Below are positions 50,398-60,844 of a DNA stretch of 64,000 bases, in pieces. The DNA lies in NCBI GenBank assembly GCA_964538505.1, contig CAZIDY010000010.1:10004-74003 (forward strand), written 5' to 3'. A program made the translations under genes and the position numbers. Positions within the stretch are counted from its first letter, which is position 1. Each line of letters begins with the position of its first letter. The notes under the pieces are model-generated. The model was not told the DNA's origin. It saw only the letters and a list, made by a program, of their open reading frames with translations, and ran no database searches. The stretch is from an uncultured Limnobacter sp. (GTDB taxonomy: Bacteria > Pseudomonadota > Gammaproteobacteria > Burkholderiales > Burkholderiaceae_E).

Positions 50398-50422
50398 CTC
50401 AGTTGGTCACTCAGTTGGCCAC

Positions 50423-51730
50423 TCAGTTGGCCGCGGAATCGGCCGCCGAGTTGGCCGCCTCGATGCGTACACGCGCGAAGCGACGCTTGCCGATCTGCAC
50501 GACGTAGGTGCCCGGAAACAGCTCGAGGGCCCGGTCGGACACCCGCTCGCCGTCGATGCGCACGCCGCCCTGGTCGATGCTGCGATTGCCCTCGCTGGTC
50601 GACGGAACGAGGCCGGCACGCTTGAGCACCTGCGCGATCAAGATCGGCGCACCGTGCAACACGGTCTCGGGCATGTCGGCAGGTGCCGCGCCGAGCCGGA
50701 AGCGCGCGTCGAAGCCCGCAGTGGCGCGCTCGGCGTCGACGCGCGAATGGAAGCGCTCGACGATCTCCTGCGCGAGCAGCACCTTCACGTCACGCGGGTT
50801 GCGCCCCCGCGCGCACTCGTCGCGCAGCGCCTGCACCTCGCGCATCGGCCGAAACGACAGCAGCTCGAAGTACCGCCACATCAGTTCGTCGGAGATCGAC
50901 ATCAGCTTGCCGAACATCTCGTCGGGCGATTCGGTGATGCCGACGTAGTTGTTCTTCGACTTCGACATCTTCTCGACGCCGTCGAGCCCTTCGAGCAGCG
51001 GCATCGTGAGGATGCACTGCGGCTCCTGCCCGTACTCGCGCTGCAGCTCGCGTCCGACGAGCAGGTTGAACTTCTGGTCGGTTCCGCCGAGCTCGAGATC
51101 GGAACGCAGCGCAACCGAGTCGTAGCCCTGCATCAACGGGTACAGCAGCTCGTGGATCGAGATCGGCAGGCCTTCGCGGTAGCGCTTCGCGAAATCGTCG
51201 CGCTCGAGCATGCGGGCGAGCGTATGCCGTGCGGCGAGCTCGATCAGGCCGCGTGCACCGAGCGGGTCCGACCATTCCGAGTTGTAGCGAATCTCGGTCT
51301 TGCCGGCGTCCAGCACGAGGCTGGCCTGATCGAAGTAGGTGCGCGCATTCTGCTCGATCTGCTGGCGGGTGAGCGGCGGGCGCGTCACGTTGCGCCCCGA
51401 CGGGTCGCCGATCATCGCCGTGAAGTCGCCGATCAGGAAGATCACCGTGTGGCCGAGGTCCTGCAGCTGGCGCATCTTGTTCAGGACGACCGTGTGGCCG
51501 AGATGCAGGTCGGGCGCGGTCGGATCGAGGCCGAGCTTGATCCGCAGCGGCGTGCCGCTAGCCTCGCTACGGGCGAGCTTCGCGAGCCATTCGCTCTCGA
51601 CGAGCAGCTCATCGACACCCCGCAGCGTGACGGCCAGCGCTTCGCGGACGGCGTCGCTGGGCGGCTCCCCGGGGGCCCCGGAAGGCCCGGATCGCGCATC
51701 GTTCCGGAAACTGCCGCCGTTCATCGTCAT
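50423..51730 (-). CDS. tyrS: tyrosine--tRNA ligase (type 2)
   Basis: Internal start MTMNGG of the 978-aa ORF. Contains [13 protein letters not shown] (HIGH), KMSKSKNN (KMSKS) and a C-terminal S4-like domain. Confidence 0.9.
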   Translation of the reverse strand: MTMNGGSFRNDARSGPSGAPGEPPSDAVREALAVTLRGVDELLVESEWLAKLARSEASGTPLRIKLGLDPTAPDLHLGHTVVLNKMRQLQDLGHTVIFLIGDFTAMIGDPSGRNVTRPPLTRQQIEQNARTYFDQASLVLDAGKTEIRYNSEWSDPLGARGLIELAARHTLARMLERDDFAKRYREGLPISIHELLYPLMQGYDSVALRSDLELGGTDQKFNLLVGRELQREYGQEPQCILTMPLLEGLDGVEKMSKSKNNYVGITESPDEMFGKLMSISDELMWRYFELLSFRPMREVQALRDECARGRNPRDVKVLLAQEIVERFHSRVDAERATAGFDARFRLGAAPADMPETVLHGAPILIAQVLKRAGLVPSTSEGNRSIDQGGVRIDGERVSDRALELFPGTYVVQIGKRRFARVRIEAANSAADSAAN

Positions 51731-51928
51731 CGGGTAGGTGATTTCCACTATGAATCCGGTAGAATCCGCGCGACTTCTGCCGGACCCGGGGCATACGCCA
51801 GATCGCGCCACATCGCGCGGAACTGGTGCACGCGCCGGGGCTTCCGCCGGGGGTGAAGGGCCCGATTCTAGCCGAGCGCCGAAAGCGCCCGCGATGACAA
51901 AACCAGACCGAAAGAGCCGATCCGTGCG

Positions 51929-53245
51929 ATGAGCCACCCACTCCGCTCCAATTTTCCGAAGGTGGCGACGGCTGTCGCCGTGACGACGGCCCTGGTAGCG
52001 GTCACTGCGCTGGCAACGGCTCCGCTGCGCTATCCCGAGGAGGCGCCCGCGCTGCGTACGGTGGTCGACTCGTTGACAGTGTCGTGGCCGACGCTGCACG
52101 GCGAATCCGACGAGACCTTCGTGCGCGCCGAGCGCATCCAGCGCGGCGAGACGCTCGCGTCGCTGCTCGACCGGCTCGGCGCCACCGACCCCGACTTCCA
52201 CAAGTACGTCGCTTCGAACCCGCTGGCACGCCGGCTGATGCAGCTGCCGCAGGGGCGGATGGTCACCGCCGACATCGATACCGCGGGGCGCGTCCACTCG
52301 CTGCAGTATCGCTTCGGCAGCCTCGATCCGAACTCGGCGCAACCGGCGCGGCGCCTCACCGTCGAGCGCAACGGCGAAGGCTTCTACGTCACCGAGGAGC
52401 CGGTTCCGGTCGAGCGGCAGATCGCGATCGGCCAGGCGGAGATCCAGAGTTCGCTGTTCTCGGCGATCGACTCCGCCGGTATCCCCGACGGCGTCGCCAG
52501 CCAGATCGCCGACATCCTCGAGGACAAGGTCGACTTCACGCGCGACCTGCGTCGCGGCGACCAGCTGCGCGTGCTCTACGAGATGATCCGCGAGTCCGAC
52601 AGCCTCGATCCGCCGGTGGTCGGGCGCGTGCTCGCACTCGAGTTCGTGAACCACCGCACGCGCCATGAAGCCGTCTGGTTCGACCGCGGCGGCGGACAGG
52701 GCGAGTACTTCGCCTTCGACGGGCGCAGCCTGAAGCGGTCGTTCCTGCGCCAGCCGGTCGAGTTCAGCCGGATCTCGTCGGGCTTCAAGCCGGCGCGCAT
52801 GCACCCCATCCTGAAGTACACGCGCGAGCACAAGGGCGTCGACTTCGCCGCGCCGATCGGCACCAAGGTGCGCAGCTCGGGCGACGGCGTCATCGAGTTC
52901 ATCGGGCAGCAGCGCGGCTACGGCAAGGTGATCGTCGTGCGCCACCGCAACGACATCACGACGCTGTATGCGCATCTGCACGGCTTCGCGCGCGACATGG
53001 CGGTCGGTACCCACGTCGCGCAGGGTGAGGTGATCGGCTTCGTCGGCGCGACCGGCATGGCTACCGGGCCGCACCTGCACTACGAGTTCATGGTCGGCGG
53101 CGAGAACGTCGACCCGATGGCGGTCGCGATGCCCGGCTCCACGCCGCTCGACAAGACGGAGATGAAACGCTTCAGCGCGCAGGCCGAGATGCTGCAGCTG
53201 CGGCTGGCGCAGCTCCAGGGCGTCCAGCTCGCGCGCTTCGAGTAG
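51929..53245 (+). CDS. M23 family metallopeptidase (MepM/OapA-like)
   Basis: Signal-anchor N-terminus, then [14 protein letters not shown]...YAHL...[14 protein letters not shown]. Confidence 0.85.
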   Translation: MSHPLRSNFPKVATAVAVTTALVAVTALATAPLRYPEEAPALRTVVDSLTVSWPTLHGESDETFVRAERIQRGETLASLLDRLGATDPDFHKYVASNPLARRLMQLPQGRMVTADIDTAGRVHSLQYRFGSLDPNSAQPARRLTVERNGEGFYVTEEPVPVERQIAIGQAEIQSSLFSAIDSAGIPDGVASQIADILEDKVDFTRDLRRGDQLRVLYEMIRESDSLDPPVVGRVLALEFVNHRTRHEAVWFDRGGGQGEYFAFDGRSLKRSFLRQPVEFSRISSGFKPARMHPILKYTREHKGVDFAAPIGTKVRSSGDGVIEFIGQQRGYGKVIVVRHRNDITTLYAHLHGFARDMAVGTHVAQGEVIGFVGATGMATGPHLHYEFMVGGENVDPMAVAMPGSTPLDKTEMKRFSAQAEMLQLRLAQLQGVQLARFE

Positions 53246-53281
53246 CGCGCTTCGGCTCTTTCTTCTTCGGTCCGCGTCGCG

Positions 53282-54448
53282 ATGCGCCGCTTCGTCGGAC
53301 TGATGTCGGGCACCAGCGTCGATGCGGTCGATGCAGCGCTGCTGGAGATCGACGAGCACGATTCCGGCATTCGCACCGGCGGCTTCGCGAGCGTTGCGCT
53401 CGACGACGCGCTATGCGACGAGCTGCACGCGCTGCAGGCGAGCGGCCCCGACGAGCTCGAGCGCGCGATGCGCGCGGCAGCGACGCTCGCCGACCGCTAT
53501 GCCGAAGCCGTCGATGCGCTGCTCGCCCGGACGGGTTTGCAGGCGTCACAGATCACGGCGATCGGAGCGCACGGGCAGACCGTTCGCCACCGGCCTGACC
53601 TCGGCTACACGATCCAGCTGCTCGACGCTGCGCGACTCGCGGAGCGATGCGGCATCGCCGTCGTCCACGATCTTCGCTCGGCCGACGTCGTCGCCGGCGG
53701 CCAGGGCGCACCGCTCGTTCCCGCCTTTCATGCGCAGGTGTTCCGCAGCCCGCTCGAGCGGCGCGCGATCGTGAACCTCGGCGGCATCGCCAACATCACG
53801 CTGCTGCCTGCCGACTGCGGATCGGAGGAGCCGGTGCGCGGCTTCGACACGGGTCCGGCGAACACGCTGCTCGACGGCTGGTGCCTGCGCCATACCGGGC
53901 GCCGCTTCGACGAGCACGGTGCGTGGGCACGCAGCGGGCGGGTGCACGAGACGCTGCTCGCACAATTGCTCGACGAAGGGTATTTCGCGCTGCCGGCGCC
54001 GAAGAGCACCGGTCGGGATTGGTTCCACCTGGGTTGGCTCGATCACGCGTTGGCGGCGGTGCGCGACGGCGGCGCCAGGGAACCGAAACTGAAGCCTGCG
54101 CCAGAGCCGACTCCCGCGGACGTGCAGGCGACTCTGGTCGAGCTGAGCGCCGTCACCGTGGCGCGCGCATGCAGCGACTACGGCGTGCAGGCTGTCTACG
54201 CCTGCGGCGGGGGTACGCGCAACGATTTCCTGATGGAGCGTCTGGGGGCGCGGGTGGCGCCGATCGAGTTGCAGACGACAGCGGCATTGCGCGTCGATCC
54301 GCAGGCAGTGGAAGCGGCAGCCTTCGCATGGCTTGCCGCACAGCGCATCGACTCGAAGCCGGGGAACCTCCCCGCAGTTACCGGCGCGCGCGGCCCGCGC
54401 GTGCTCGGCTCGATTGCCGACCCGCGCCCGCGGGCGATGCGCGAGTAA
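53282..54448 (+). CDS. anmK: anhydro-N-acetylmuramic acid kinase
   Basis: [17 protein letters not shown]...[10 protein letters not shown]...GGGTRN. Confidence 0.9.
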   Translation: MRRFVGLMSGTSVDAVDAALLEIDEHDSGIRTGGFASVALDDALCDELHALQASGPDELERAMRAAATLADRYAEAVDALLARTGLQASQITAIGAHGQTVRHRPDLGYTIQLLDAARLAERCGIAVVHDLRSADVVAGGQGAPLVPAFHAQVFRSPLERRAIVNLGGIANITLLPADCGSEEPVRGFDTGPANTLLDGWCLRHTGRRFDEHGAWARSGRVHETLLAQLLDEGYFALPAPKSTGRDWFHLGWLDHALAAVRDGGAREPKLKPAPEPTPADVQATLVELSAVTVARACSDYGVQAVYACGGGTRNDFLMERLGARVAPIELQTTAALRVDPQAVEAAAFAWLAAQRIDSKPGNLPAVTGARGPRVLGSIADPRPRAMRE

Positions 54449-54463
54449 ACCGGAAAGACGGGA

Positions 54464-54811
54464 TCAGGAGAACGACGATCCGCAGCCGCAGGTCGACGAC
54501 GCGTTCGGGTTCTTGATGACGAACTGCGCGCCGTCGAGATCGTCCTTGTAGTCGATCTCGGCGCCCATCAGATACTGCAGGCTCATCGCGTCGACGAGCA
54601 GCGTGACGCCGCCCTTCTGCAGCACGGTGTCGTCCTCCGCAGTTTCCTCGTCGAAGGTGAAGCCGTACTGGAAGCCCGAGCAGCCGCCGCCCTGCACGAA
54701 CACGCGCAGCTTCAGCTCCGGATTGCCTTCCTCGTCGATCAGCGACTTCACCTTGGTTGCGGCCGCGCTGGTGAACACCAGCGGATCCATCGTTTCGGCG
54801 ACAGCTTCCAT
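54464..54811 (-). CDS. erpA: iron-sulfur cluster insertion protein ErpA
   Basis: Internal start [14 protein letters not shown]...[17 protein letters not shown]...[14 protein letters not shown], preceded by GGAGG. Confidence 0.9.
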   Translation of the reverse strand: MEAVAETMDPLVFTSAAATKVKSLIDEEGNPELKLRVFVQGGGCSGFQYGFTFDEETAEDDTVLQKGGVTLLVDAMSLQYLMGAEIDYKDDLDGAQFVIKNPNASSTCGCGSSFS

Positions 54812-54899
54812 TCGATACCTCCGATTGACACCTATTGTACGTGTTGCAGGCGCGAGGCGTGCGTCTGATCGCGGTCGACACAATCGGGGGCAGACCACC

Positions 54900-54952
54900 A
54901 AAATCGGGGTCAGACCACGGTTACGACGTAACCGTGGTCTGACCCCGATTTT
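54900..54952 (-). terminator. perfect 24-bp-stem palindrome directly after argC (bidirectional terminator-like); member of a short repeat family
   Basis: aaaatcggggtcagaccacggtta-cgacg-taaccgtggtctgaccccgatttt. A/T runs lie at both ends. A partial third copy, caatcgggggcagaccacc, lies at 54881..54899. Confidence 0.7.
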
Positions 54953-54957
54953 GCCCC

Positions 54958-56019
54958 TCAGGGCAGGATCGGCACCTGCGTCAGCCCCGTATCCTCGGGC
55001 AGCCCGAACATCAGGTTCATCACCTGCACGCCCTGCCCCGACGCGCCCTTCACGAGGTTGTCCTCGACGACGAGCACCATCAGCAGGTCGCTGTCGGGCG
55101 GCCGATGCACGGCGATGCGAACGAAGTTCGATGCGCGCACCGAGCGGGTTTCCGGCGCCGAACCGGCCGGCATCACGTCGACGAAGGGCTCGTCGGCGAA
55201 GCGGCGCTCGTAGAGCGCCTGAAAGTCGAGATCGCGTGCACGCGGGGTGATGCGCGCGTACAGCGTCGAGAAGATGCCGCGGATCATCGGCACCAGGTGC
55301 GGCGTGAACGCGAGCTTCACCGGCTTGCCGGCGACCGCCTCGAGCCCCTGCCGAATCTCCGGCAGATGCCGGTGCCCGGTGACGGAATATGCACGGAAGT
55401 TGTCGCCCGCTTCTGCGAGCAGCGTCCCCACCTCTGCCTTGCGACCCGCGCCCGAAGCGCCCGACTTGCAGTCGGCGATCAGACTGTCGAGCTCGACCAG
55501 GTCGCCTCCTGCGGCACGCGCGGCCTGCGGGTCGACGACCGGCAGGAAGCCGAGCTGCACCGAGGTCGGATAGCAGCCGGGCAGGCCGATGACGCGCGCA
55601 TCGCGAATCGCGTCGCGATTCACTTCAGGCAACCCGTACACCGCTTCGGCGAGCACCTCCGGGCACGAGTGCGGCATCCTGTACCAGCGCTCGAACTCGG
55701 CAGTGCTCTTCAGGCGAAAGTCGGCCGCGAGATCGATGAGGCGCACGCCCGCCGACAACAGCTCGGGCGCCTGCGCCATCGCAACGCCGTGCGGCGTGGC
55801 GAAGAAGACGACGTCGCATTTCGACAGCGGTGCAGACGCGGGATCGGTGAAGGCGAGATCGACGCGGCCGCGCAGCGACGGGAACATCTCCGCCACCGGC
55901 AGGCCGGACTCCTTGCGCGACGTGATCGCAACGAGCTCGACCTGCGGGTGCTGCGACAACAGGCGCAGCAACTCGACACCGGTGTATCCGGTGCCGCCGA
56001 CTATTCCGACCTTGATCAT
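54958..56019 (-). CDS. argC: N-acetyl-gamma-glutamyl-phosphate reductase
   Basis: [21 protein letters not shown]...GCYPTS. GGAGG lies 8 nt upstream of ATG 56019. Confidence 0.92.
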   Translation of the reverse strand: MIKVGIVGGTGYTGVELLRLLSQHPQVELVAITSRKESGLPVAEMFPSLRGRVDLAFTDPASAPLSKCDVVFFATPHGVAMAQAPELLSAGVRLIDLAADFRLKSTAEFERWYRMPHSCPEVLAEAVYGLPEVNRDAIRDARVIGLPGCYPTSVQLGFLPVVDPQAARAAGGDLVELDSLIADCKSGASGAGRKAEVGTLLAEAGDNFRAYSVTGHRHLPEIRQGLEAVAGKPVKLAFTPHLVPMIRGIFSTLYARITPRARDLDFQALYERRFADEPFVDVMPAGSAPETRSVRASNFVRIAVHRPPDSDLLMVLVVEDNLVKGASGQGVQVMNLMFGLPEDTGLTQVPILP

Positions 56020-56068
56020 CGCAAACCTCCGCGACAACCGCCGCCGCTCGAACAGCGGCGTTGCCGGA

Positions 56069-56461
56069 TCAGCGCTTCGAGAACTGCTTGCGCCGACGCG
56101 CCCCGTGCAGGCCGACCTTCTTGCGCTCGACTTCGCGCGCGTCGCGCGTGACGAGCCCGGCGCTCGACAGCGTCGGCTTGAGCGACTCGTCGTAGTCGAT
56201 CAGGGCGCGCGTGATGCCGTGGCGAACCGCGCCCGCCTGGCCGGATTCGCCGCCGCCGTGCACGTTGACCATGACGTCGAAGGATTCGAGATTCTGCGTG
56301 AGATCGAGCGGCTGGCGCACGATCATGCGGCCCGTTTCGCGCGCGAAGTAGTCGTCGAGCGGCTTGCCGTTGACGACCATCTTGCCGGTGCCCCGCTTCA
56401 GGAACACGCGAGCGACGGAAGTCTTGCGCCGGCCGGTGCCGTAGTAGTAGTCGCCGATCAT
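56069..56461 (-). CDS. rpsI: 30S ribosomal protein S9
   Basis: [16 protein letters not shown]...GGG.SGQAGA.RHGI.RAL...RDAR.VERKK.G..KARR..QFSKR. Confidence 0.97.
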   Translation of the reverse strand: MIGDYYYGTGRRKTSVARVFLKRGTGKMVVNGKPLDDYFARETGRMIVRQPLDLTQNLESFDVMVNVHGGGESGQAGAVRHGITRALIDYDESLKPTLSSAGLVTRDAREVERKKVGLHGARRRKQFSKR

Positions 56462-56465
56462 CGGA

Positions 56466-56894
56466 TCAGACCTCCAGAGCCTTCGGCTGCTGCGCCGTGT
56501 GCGGGTGCGTGGCTTCGCCGTACACCTTGAGCTTCTTGATCATCGCGTAGCCGAGCGGGCCCTTCGGCAGCATGCCCTTCACCGCCTTCTCGAGCGCGCG
56601 GCCCGGGTGGCGCGACTGCATCTGGCGGAAGGTCTGCTGGCGGATGCCGCCCGGATAGCCGGTGTGACGGTAATAGATCTTGTCGTCGGCCTTGGTGCCG
56701 GTGACCTTGATGCGTGACGCATTCACGACGACGATGAAGTCGCCGGTGTCGACGTGCGGCGTGAACTCGGGCTTGTGCTTGCCCCGCAGGCGACGCGCGA
56801 TCTCGGCAGCGAGACGCCCCAGCACCTTGTCGGTGGCGTCTACGACGAACCAGTCGCGCTGAACCTCTTGCGGCTTGGCGGAAAAGGTCTTCAT
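56466..56894 (-). CDS. rplM: 50S ribosomal protein L13
   Basis: [20 protein letters not shown]...KVLGRLA..IA..LRGKHK..FTPH.D.GD. Confidence 0.97.
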   Translation of the reverse strand: MKTFSAKPQEVQRDWFVVDATDKVLGRLAAEIARRLRGKHKPEFTPHVDTGDFIVVVNASRIKVTGTKADDKIYYRHTGYPGGIRQQTFRQMQSRHPGRALEKAVKGMLPKGPLGYAMIKKLKVYGEATHPHTAQQPKALEV

Positions 56895-56983
56895 TGAGTC
56901 TTCTCTGGAGGGCGACGCGGTGCGCCGGGCCCGGGAATCGACGCTCGACGCGAAAGGCCGACGGGAGCGCGGAAAAGCCTTTG

Positions 56984-57012
56984 ATTGTAATGCGGCGGGC
57001 CCTTTGCGTCAA
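56984..57012 (-). promoter_or_regulatory. sigma70-type promoter candidate for rplM-rpsI
   Basis: Minus strand TTGACG-17 nt-TACAAT, about 90 nt upstream of the rplM ATG. Confidence 0.5.
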
Positions 57013-57080
57013 AGCGGCGCCGCCCCACTTGTCGCGCCCCCGGCCGTGTAGGCTGGGCCACGCCTGTTCCGAACCCACGG

Positions 57081-57335
57081 ATGAACATGAACGAGCCCCG
57101 CGATGGCCGTGCCGTCGTGAACCTCCACGAGGCGAAGACGCATCTGTCGAAGCTGCTCGACCGCGTACAGGCCGGCGAGGAGATCATCCTCGCCAGGGCC
57201 GGCGTGCCGTGCGCGCGCCTCGCACCGCTGGAGTCTGCCCGCTCGTCCCGCAGGCCCGGCCGGCTGCAGGGCAGGCTCGACGATGCCTTCTTCGAACCGC
57301 TCGACGCAGACGAGTCGCGCGGCTGGAGCGGATGA
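57081..57335 (+). CDS. Phd/YefM-family antitoxin
   Basis: VNLHEAKTHLSKLLDRVQAGEEIILARAGVPCARLAPL is a typical Phd/YefM N-terminal domain. 84 aa. Confidence 0.8.
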   Translation: MNMNEPRDGRAVVNLHEAKTHLSKLLDRVQAGEEIILARAGVPCARLAPLESARSSRRPGRLQGRLDDAFFEPLDADESRGWSG

Positions 57336-57338
57336 GCC

Positions 57339-57725
57339 GTGCAGGTGCTGCTCGACACGCACGTGCTGCTCTGGTGGCTGACAGACGACGAGCGCCTGTC
57401 TCACGCGGTTCGACGCGTCATCGCCGAACCCGCCAACGAGATCCTCGTCAGTGCAGCCAGCGCGTGGGAGCTGTCGACGAAGTACCGCCTCGGCAGGCTT
57501 CGCGGCTGCGAGGAGATCGTAGTGCGCTACACGGAGATCATCGAAGCCGAGCATTTCCGGACGCTTGCCATCGAGCCACGTCATGCGCTGCTGGCCGGCA
57601 CCTACGCCACCCGCCACCGGGATCCCTTCGACCGCATGCTCGCCGCACAAAGCGAGCTCGAGTCGCTGCCGCTCGCCACCGACGACGAAGCCTTTCGATC
57701 CTTTCCCTGCCGAACGCTGTGGTGA
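57339..57725 (+). CDS. vapC: PIN-domain toxin (VapC family)
   Basis: (M)QVLLDTHVLLWWL...SAASAWEL...HRDPFDRMLAAQS. Begins 3 nt after the antitoxin stop. Confidence 0.85.
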   Translation: MQVLLDTHVLLWWLTDDERLSHAVRRVIAEPANEILVSAASAWELSTKYRLGRLRGCEEIVVRYTEIIEAEHFRTLAIEPRHALLAGTYATRHRDPFDRMLAAQSELESLPLATDDEAFRSFPCRTLW

Positions 57726-57787
57726 AAAAAAAACCCGGACGCGAGGCCCGGGTTGAATCCACCAAGGAGGAGGAGGTGGAGGAGACA
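57726..57787 (-). ncRNA. candidate small RNA with a CU-rich (anti-Shine-Dalgarno) hairpin loop and an intrinsic terminator
   Basis: Minus strand: TTGCAC-17 nt-TATAGT (57821..57793), then about 60 nt reading gucuccuCCACCuccuccuccuuGGUGGauucaaCCCGGgccucgcguCCGGGuuuuuuuuu. No credible CDS on this strand. Confidence 0.5.
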
Positions 57788-58085
57788 GATGAACTATAGC
57801 GGAAGCGATGTTGCAGTGCAAGAGGCGCGATTCGGGCGTTGCAAAAGGGCTACGGACGGGCGGTCAACAAGCTGTAAATAGTTGATATTGCTAATTGTGA
57901 TGACCGGAAGTGCCTCTCGAAACCGTGCGGAGTGCACGCGTCGAAGTAGCCCCGACAGGGCGCTCCTTCCCGCACTGCAGCACGGAGGGGACGCACTTGT
58001 TCCGAAGCCCGCGTCACCTGGCGTGATGTCGCGGACGCGTACACATCAGAACCAGCGAGAATTGCCGCCTCGACAGGAGTATTCG

Positions 58086-58508
58086 ATGCAGTGCACGGTG
58101 AAATGGACCGGGCCCGGTGGCATGAGCTTTCTCGCCGAATCGGGCAGCGGGCACGCGGTGGTGATGGACGGCGCGCTCGAGGCCGGCGGGCGCAATCTCG
58201 GCCCCCGGCCGATGGAGATGCTGCTGATCGGCACCGGCGGATGCACCGCATCCGACGTGGTCGTGATCCTCAGCCGCAGCGGCCAGGACGTGCGCGGCTG
58301 CGAAGTGCAGCTGAGCGCCGACCGGGCACCCACCGACCCGAAGGTCTTCACGCGCATCCACTTCCATTTCGTCGTGCGCGGACGCGGGCTCAAGCCCAAC
58401 GTCGTCGAGCGCGCGATCCGACTGTCGCACGAGAAGTACTGCTCAGCGTCGATCATGATGGGGCAGACGGCCGAGCTGACGCACGACTGGGAGATCGTCG
58501 AAGACTGA
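58086..58508 (+). CDS. OsmC family peroxiredoxin-like protein
   Basis: MQCTVKW...RPMEMLLIGTGGCTASDVV...SHEKYCSAS has the two conserved Cys motifs. Confidence 0.85.
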   Translation: MQCTVKWTGPGGMSFLAESGSGHAVVMDGALEAGGRNLGPRPMEMLLIGTGGCTASDVVVILSRSGQDVRGCEVQLSADRAPTDPKVFTRIHFHFVVRGRGLKPNVVERAIRLSHEKYCSASIMMGQTAELTHDWEIVED

Positions 58509-58545
58509 CCGACGCGGCGGCAGCGGTGCAGTAGCCGGCACGATT

Positions 58546-58619
58546 GAGACTACAAAATGCGGCGTTCTCGTTCGTGGAATCGATTCCACGAACGAGAACG
58601 CGCGAAATTGAGGTTCGAA
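58546..58619. repeat. palindromic REP-like element, copy D
   Basis: gagactacaaaatgcg-gcgttctcgttcgtggaatc|gattccacgaacgagaacgc-gcgaaattgaggttcgaa. Perfect 20+20 core. Lies between the convergent osmC and coq7. Confidence 0.75.
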
Positions 58620-58646
58620 CAGACGCGCTCTACAAACAGGTGCGCG

Positions 58647-59315
58647 CTACAGATAGTGCGCCGTCGTCGTCATCACTTTGGAGGCCGCGCGCATCGCCCA
58701 GCGCGCCGGAGCCGGCAGGTCGACGCCGCCCAGTCGTCTTGCGTGCTCGCCGTGCCGCGCTTCGTCTTCCTGCATCGCCGCCACGATCGCGCGTGAACGC
58801 GAGTCGGCAGGCGGCAGCCGGTCGAGATGCCGTGCCAGGTGCGATTCGACCTGGCGTTCGGTCTCGGCCATGAAACCCAGGCTGATGCGATCGCCCATGC
58901 GTCCCGCGACCAGCCCGATTGCGAACGAGCCGGCGTACCAGCACGGATTCAGCAGGGAAGGACGCGCCCCGAGCTCGCGCAAGCGTTCGCGCGTCCAGGC
59001 GAGGTGATCGCCCTCCTCGCGCGCCGCCGCCCGAAACTCGCCCTCGAGAACGGGATCGGCCGTGCTGGCCGCCTGCGCCTCGTAGAGCGCCTGTGCACAG
59101 ACCTCACCAACGTGGTTCACCCGCATCAGTGCGCCCGAGAGCCGACGCTGCGAAGGCTCGCTCGGCTCGTCGTCGTCGAAGGCGTCGTTGCGGACCGGCA
59201 TCGGCCGCGAGGTAGGCGCGGCTCCTGCGAGCGATGCGAAGGCGCGCCCGAATCCGGACAACATCCGGTCGAGCGGCGTCGGATCGCGCAGCTCATCGGT
59301 GGAGATCGTGGACAT
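58647..59315 (-). CDS. coq7: demethoxyubiquinone hydroxylase (Coq7 family di-iron monooxygenase)
   Basis: Internal start [28 protein letters not shown]...EEGDHLAW...[13 protein letters not shown]...EDEARHG carries the E..H di-iron motifs. Confidence 0.88.
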   Translation of the reverse strand: MSTISTDELRDPTPLDRMLSGFGRAFASLAGAAPTSRPMPVRNDAFDDDEPSEPSQRRLSGALMRVNHVGEVCAQALYEAQAASTADPVLEGEFRAAAREEGDHLAWTRERLRELGARPSLLNPCWYAGSFAIGLVAGRMGDRISLGFMAETERQVESHLARHLDRLPPADSRSRAIVAAMQEDEARHGEHARRLGGVDLPAPARWAMRAASKVMTTTAHYL

Positions 59316-59495
59316 GCCGAGCCTCGATGTTGCAGTTGCACCACGAGGATACCCCTCGCCTACGGAGATTCCTTGCGCTGTCGCCAAACCGTAACGCGCG
59401 CTTCCTACCTTGGGGCTCCGTTCCCGCACGGCCACGTTCGTGCGGGTCCTCGCGGCAAAGCCCGCCGCATTTCTCGGCAAGACAGGGAGCTCCAC

Positions 59496-60545
59496 TTGAA
59501 AAGAACACTGGTAACGCTGGCCGTCCTCGGCGCCTTCGGCGGCGCCGCTTCCGCGCAGACGAACATCACCTTGTACGGGATCGCCGACGCCGGCTTCGGA
59601 ATCGCCGACACCGACACGCCCGGATCGGACAGCACGACGATGGTCTACACCAGCGTCCAGTCGAGCAGCCGCTTCGGCATCCGCGGCAGCGAGGACATCG
59701 GTTCCGGGCTGAAGGTGACCTTCAACCTCGAGAGCGGCGTCGACATCGACGACGGCGAGGCCGGCGATCCGTTCTGGGCGCGTCGCGCGGTGGTCGGCCT
59801 GGCAGGAGGCTTCGGCGAAGTGCGGCTCGGCCGCGATTACACGCCCGGCTATTCGGCGATCGGAACCACCGACGTGATGGGCCTCGGCCTGTTCGGCAAC
59901 TGGCTGAACTTCGGCGGCAACGGCGGAATCACCAGCCGCAAGAGCAATGGCGTGCACTTCACGAGCCCGGTCTGGTCCGGCTTCACGTTGCGTGCGATGT
60001 ACGCGACCGGCGAAGCCGACGACGTGAGCCGGCCGTCCGGCGACGGCGACATGTACGGCGTCTCCGGCGTCTATGCGAGCGGCCCGTTGACCGTGCAGGC
60101 ATATTTCCAGTCGAGCGAAAGCGCCAATGCGGCAGGAAACAACACAGTCGACCGCGACGAGTACGGAATCGGCGGCCAGTACCGGTTCGGCGCCTTCCGT
60201 GTCGCGTTGAACTACGGGAAGGTCGACCGGGAGCTCCCGGCCGGCGGCGACGTCGAGCACGACGCGATCGGGCTTGGCCTGGGCGCGAAGATCGGCACCG
60301 GCGAACTGCTCTTCAACTACATCCAGCAGGAACTCGACAGCGCCGGCAAGCCGGAGGCGAAATCCTTCGGCATTGCATACGTCTACCCGCTCTCGAAGCG
60401 CACGAACCTGTACGCGACCTACGGTCAGTTGAAGAACGACGATGGGGCGGACTTCGCCCTGCGTGCGGCCGGGTTCGGCGTCGGCGGCGGCGTTGCGAAC
60501 ACCGAGCCGAAGGCCTTCGCGCTGGGCATCCGGCACCGCTTCTGA
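59496..60545 (+). CDS. Gram-negative general porin (Omp32/OpcP-like)
   Basis: TTG start after AGGGAG. (M)[32 protein letters not shown]...[16 protein letters not shown]...[14 protein letters not shown]...LGIRHRF with a terminal Phe. Confidence 0.88.
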   Translation: MKRTLVTLAVLGAFGGAASAQTNITLYGIADAGFGIADTDTPGSDSTTMVYTSVQSSSRFGIRGSEDIGSGLKVTFNLESGVDIDDGEAGDPFWARRAVVGLAGGFGEVRLGRDYTPGYSAIGTTDVMGLGLFGNWLNFGGNGGITSRKSNGVHFTSPVWSGFTLRAMYATGEADDVSRPSGDGDMYGVSGVYASGPLTVQAYFQSSESANAAGNNTVDRDEYGIGGQYRFGAFRVALNYGKVDRELPAGGDVEHDAIGLGLGAKIGTGELLFNYIQQELDSAGKPEAKSFGIAYVYPLSKRTNLYATYGQLKNDDGADFALRAAGFGVGGGVANTEPKAFALGIRHRF

Positions 60546-60559
60546 GCAGCGAGCGCTCG

Positions 60560-60600
60560 ATCCGGGTAAGCCCGGATTTGCGGGCCGGCGCGCCGGCCCG
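60560..60600 (+). terminator. tandem GC-rich hairpins after the first porin gene
   Basis: atccggg-taag-cccggat-ttt, followed by the palindrome cgggccggcgcgccggcccg. Confidence 0.55.
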
Positions 60601-60844
60601 CCCTCCACGCGCTTCCGTCCAATTTCTTGCGGCAGACATGCTGCGCGGGAACAACGGCCTGTGTTGCCGGAATACGACAGAAATCGGCCGTAGAGGCATC
60701 GGAAGGCGCCCGATTCTTTGCTCACCTAGGGAATTTCGCGAGAATACGTTGGACTTCAAACCGGGGATAGCCTGTCGGCCTCTCGGGGAGTTGCGGCGGC
60801 ACACCACGCCGACGATTGATTCCAGAAACCTAGGAGAACCTTCA

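Noticed and set aside
51731-53359. N-terminal 540 residues of the 978-aa ORF that contains tyrS
   Set aside because: This part is antisense to the well-supported M23 peptidase gene and has no TyrS similarity. The TyrS homology starts near MTMNGG.
57789-57881. 30-codon plus-strand ORF (MNYSGSDVAVQEARFGRCKRATDGRSTSCK) behind a very strong SD
   Set aside because: Codons mostly end in A/T in a genome where coding third positions are overwhelmingly G/C. The peptide is hydrophilic, unlike type I toxins, and I see no plus-strand promoter. The SD-like run is better explained as the complement of the sRNA loop. Kept as an alternative in the sRNA finding, not excluded.
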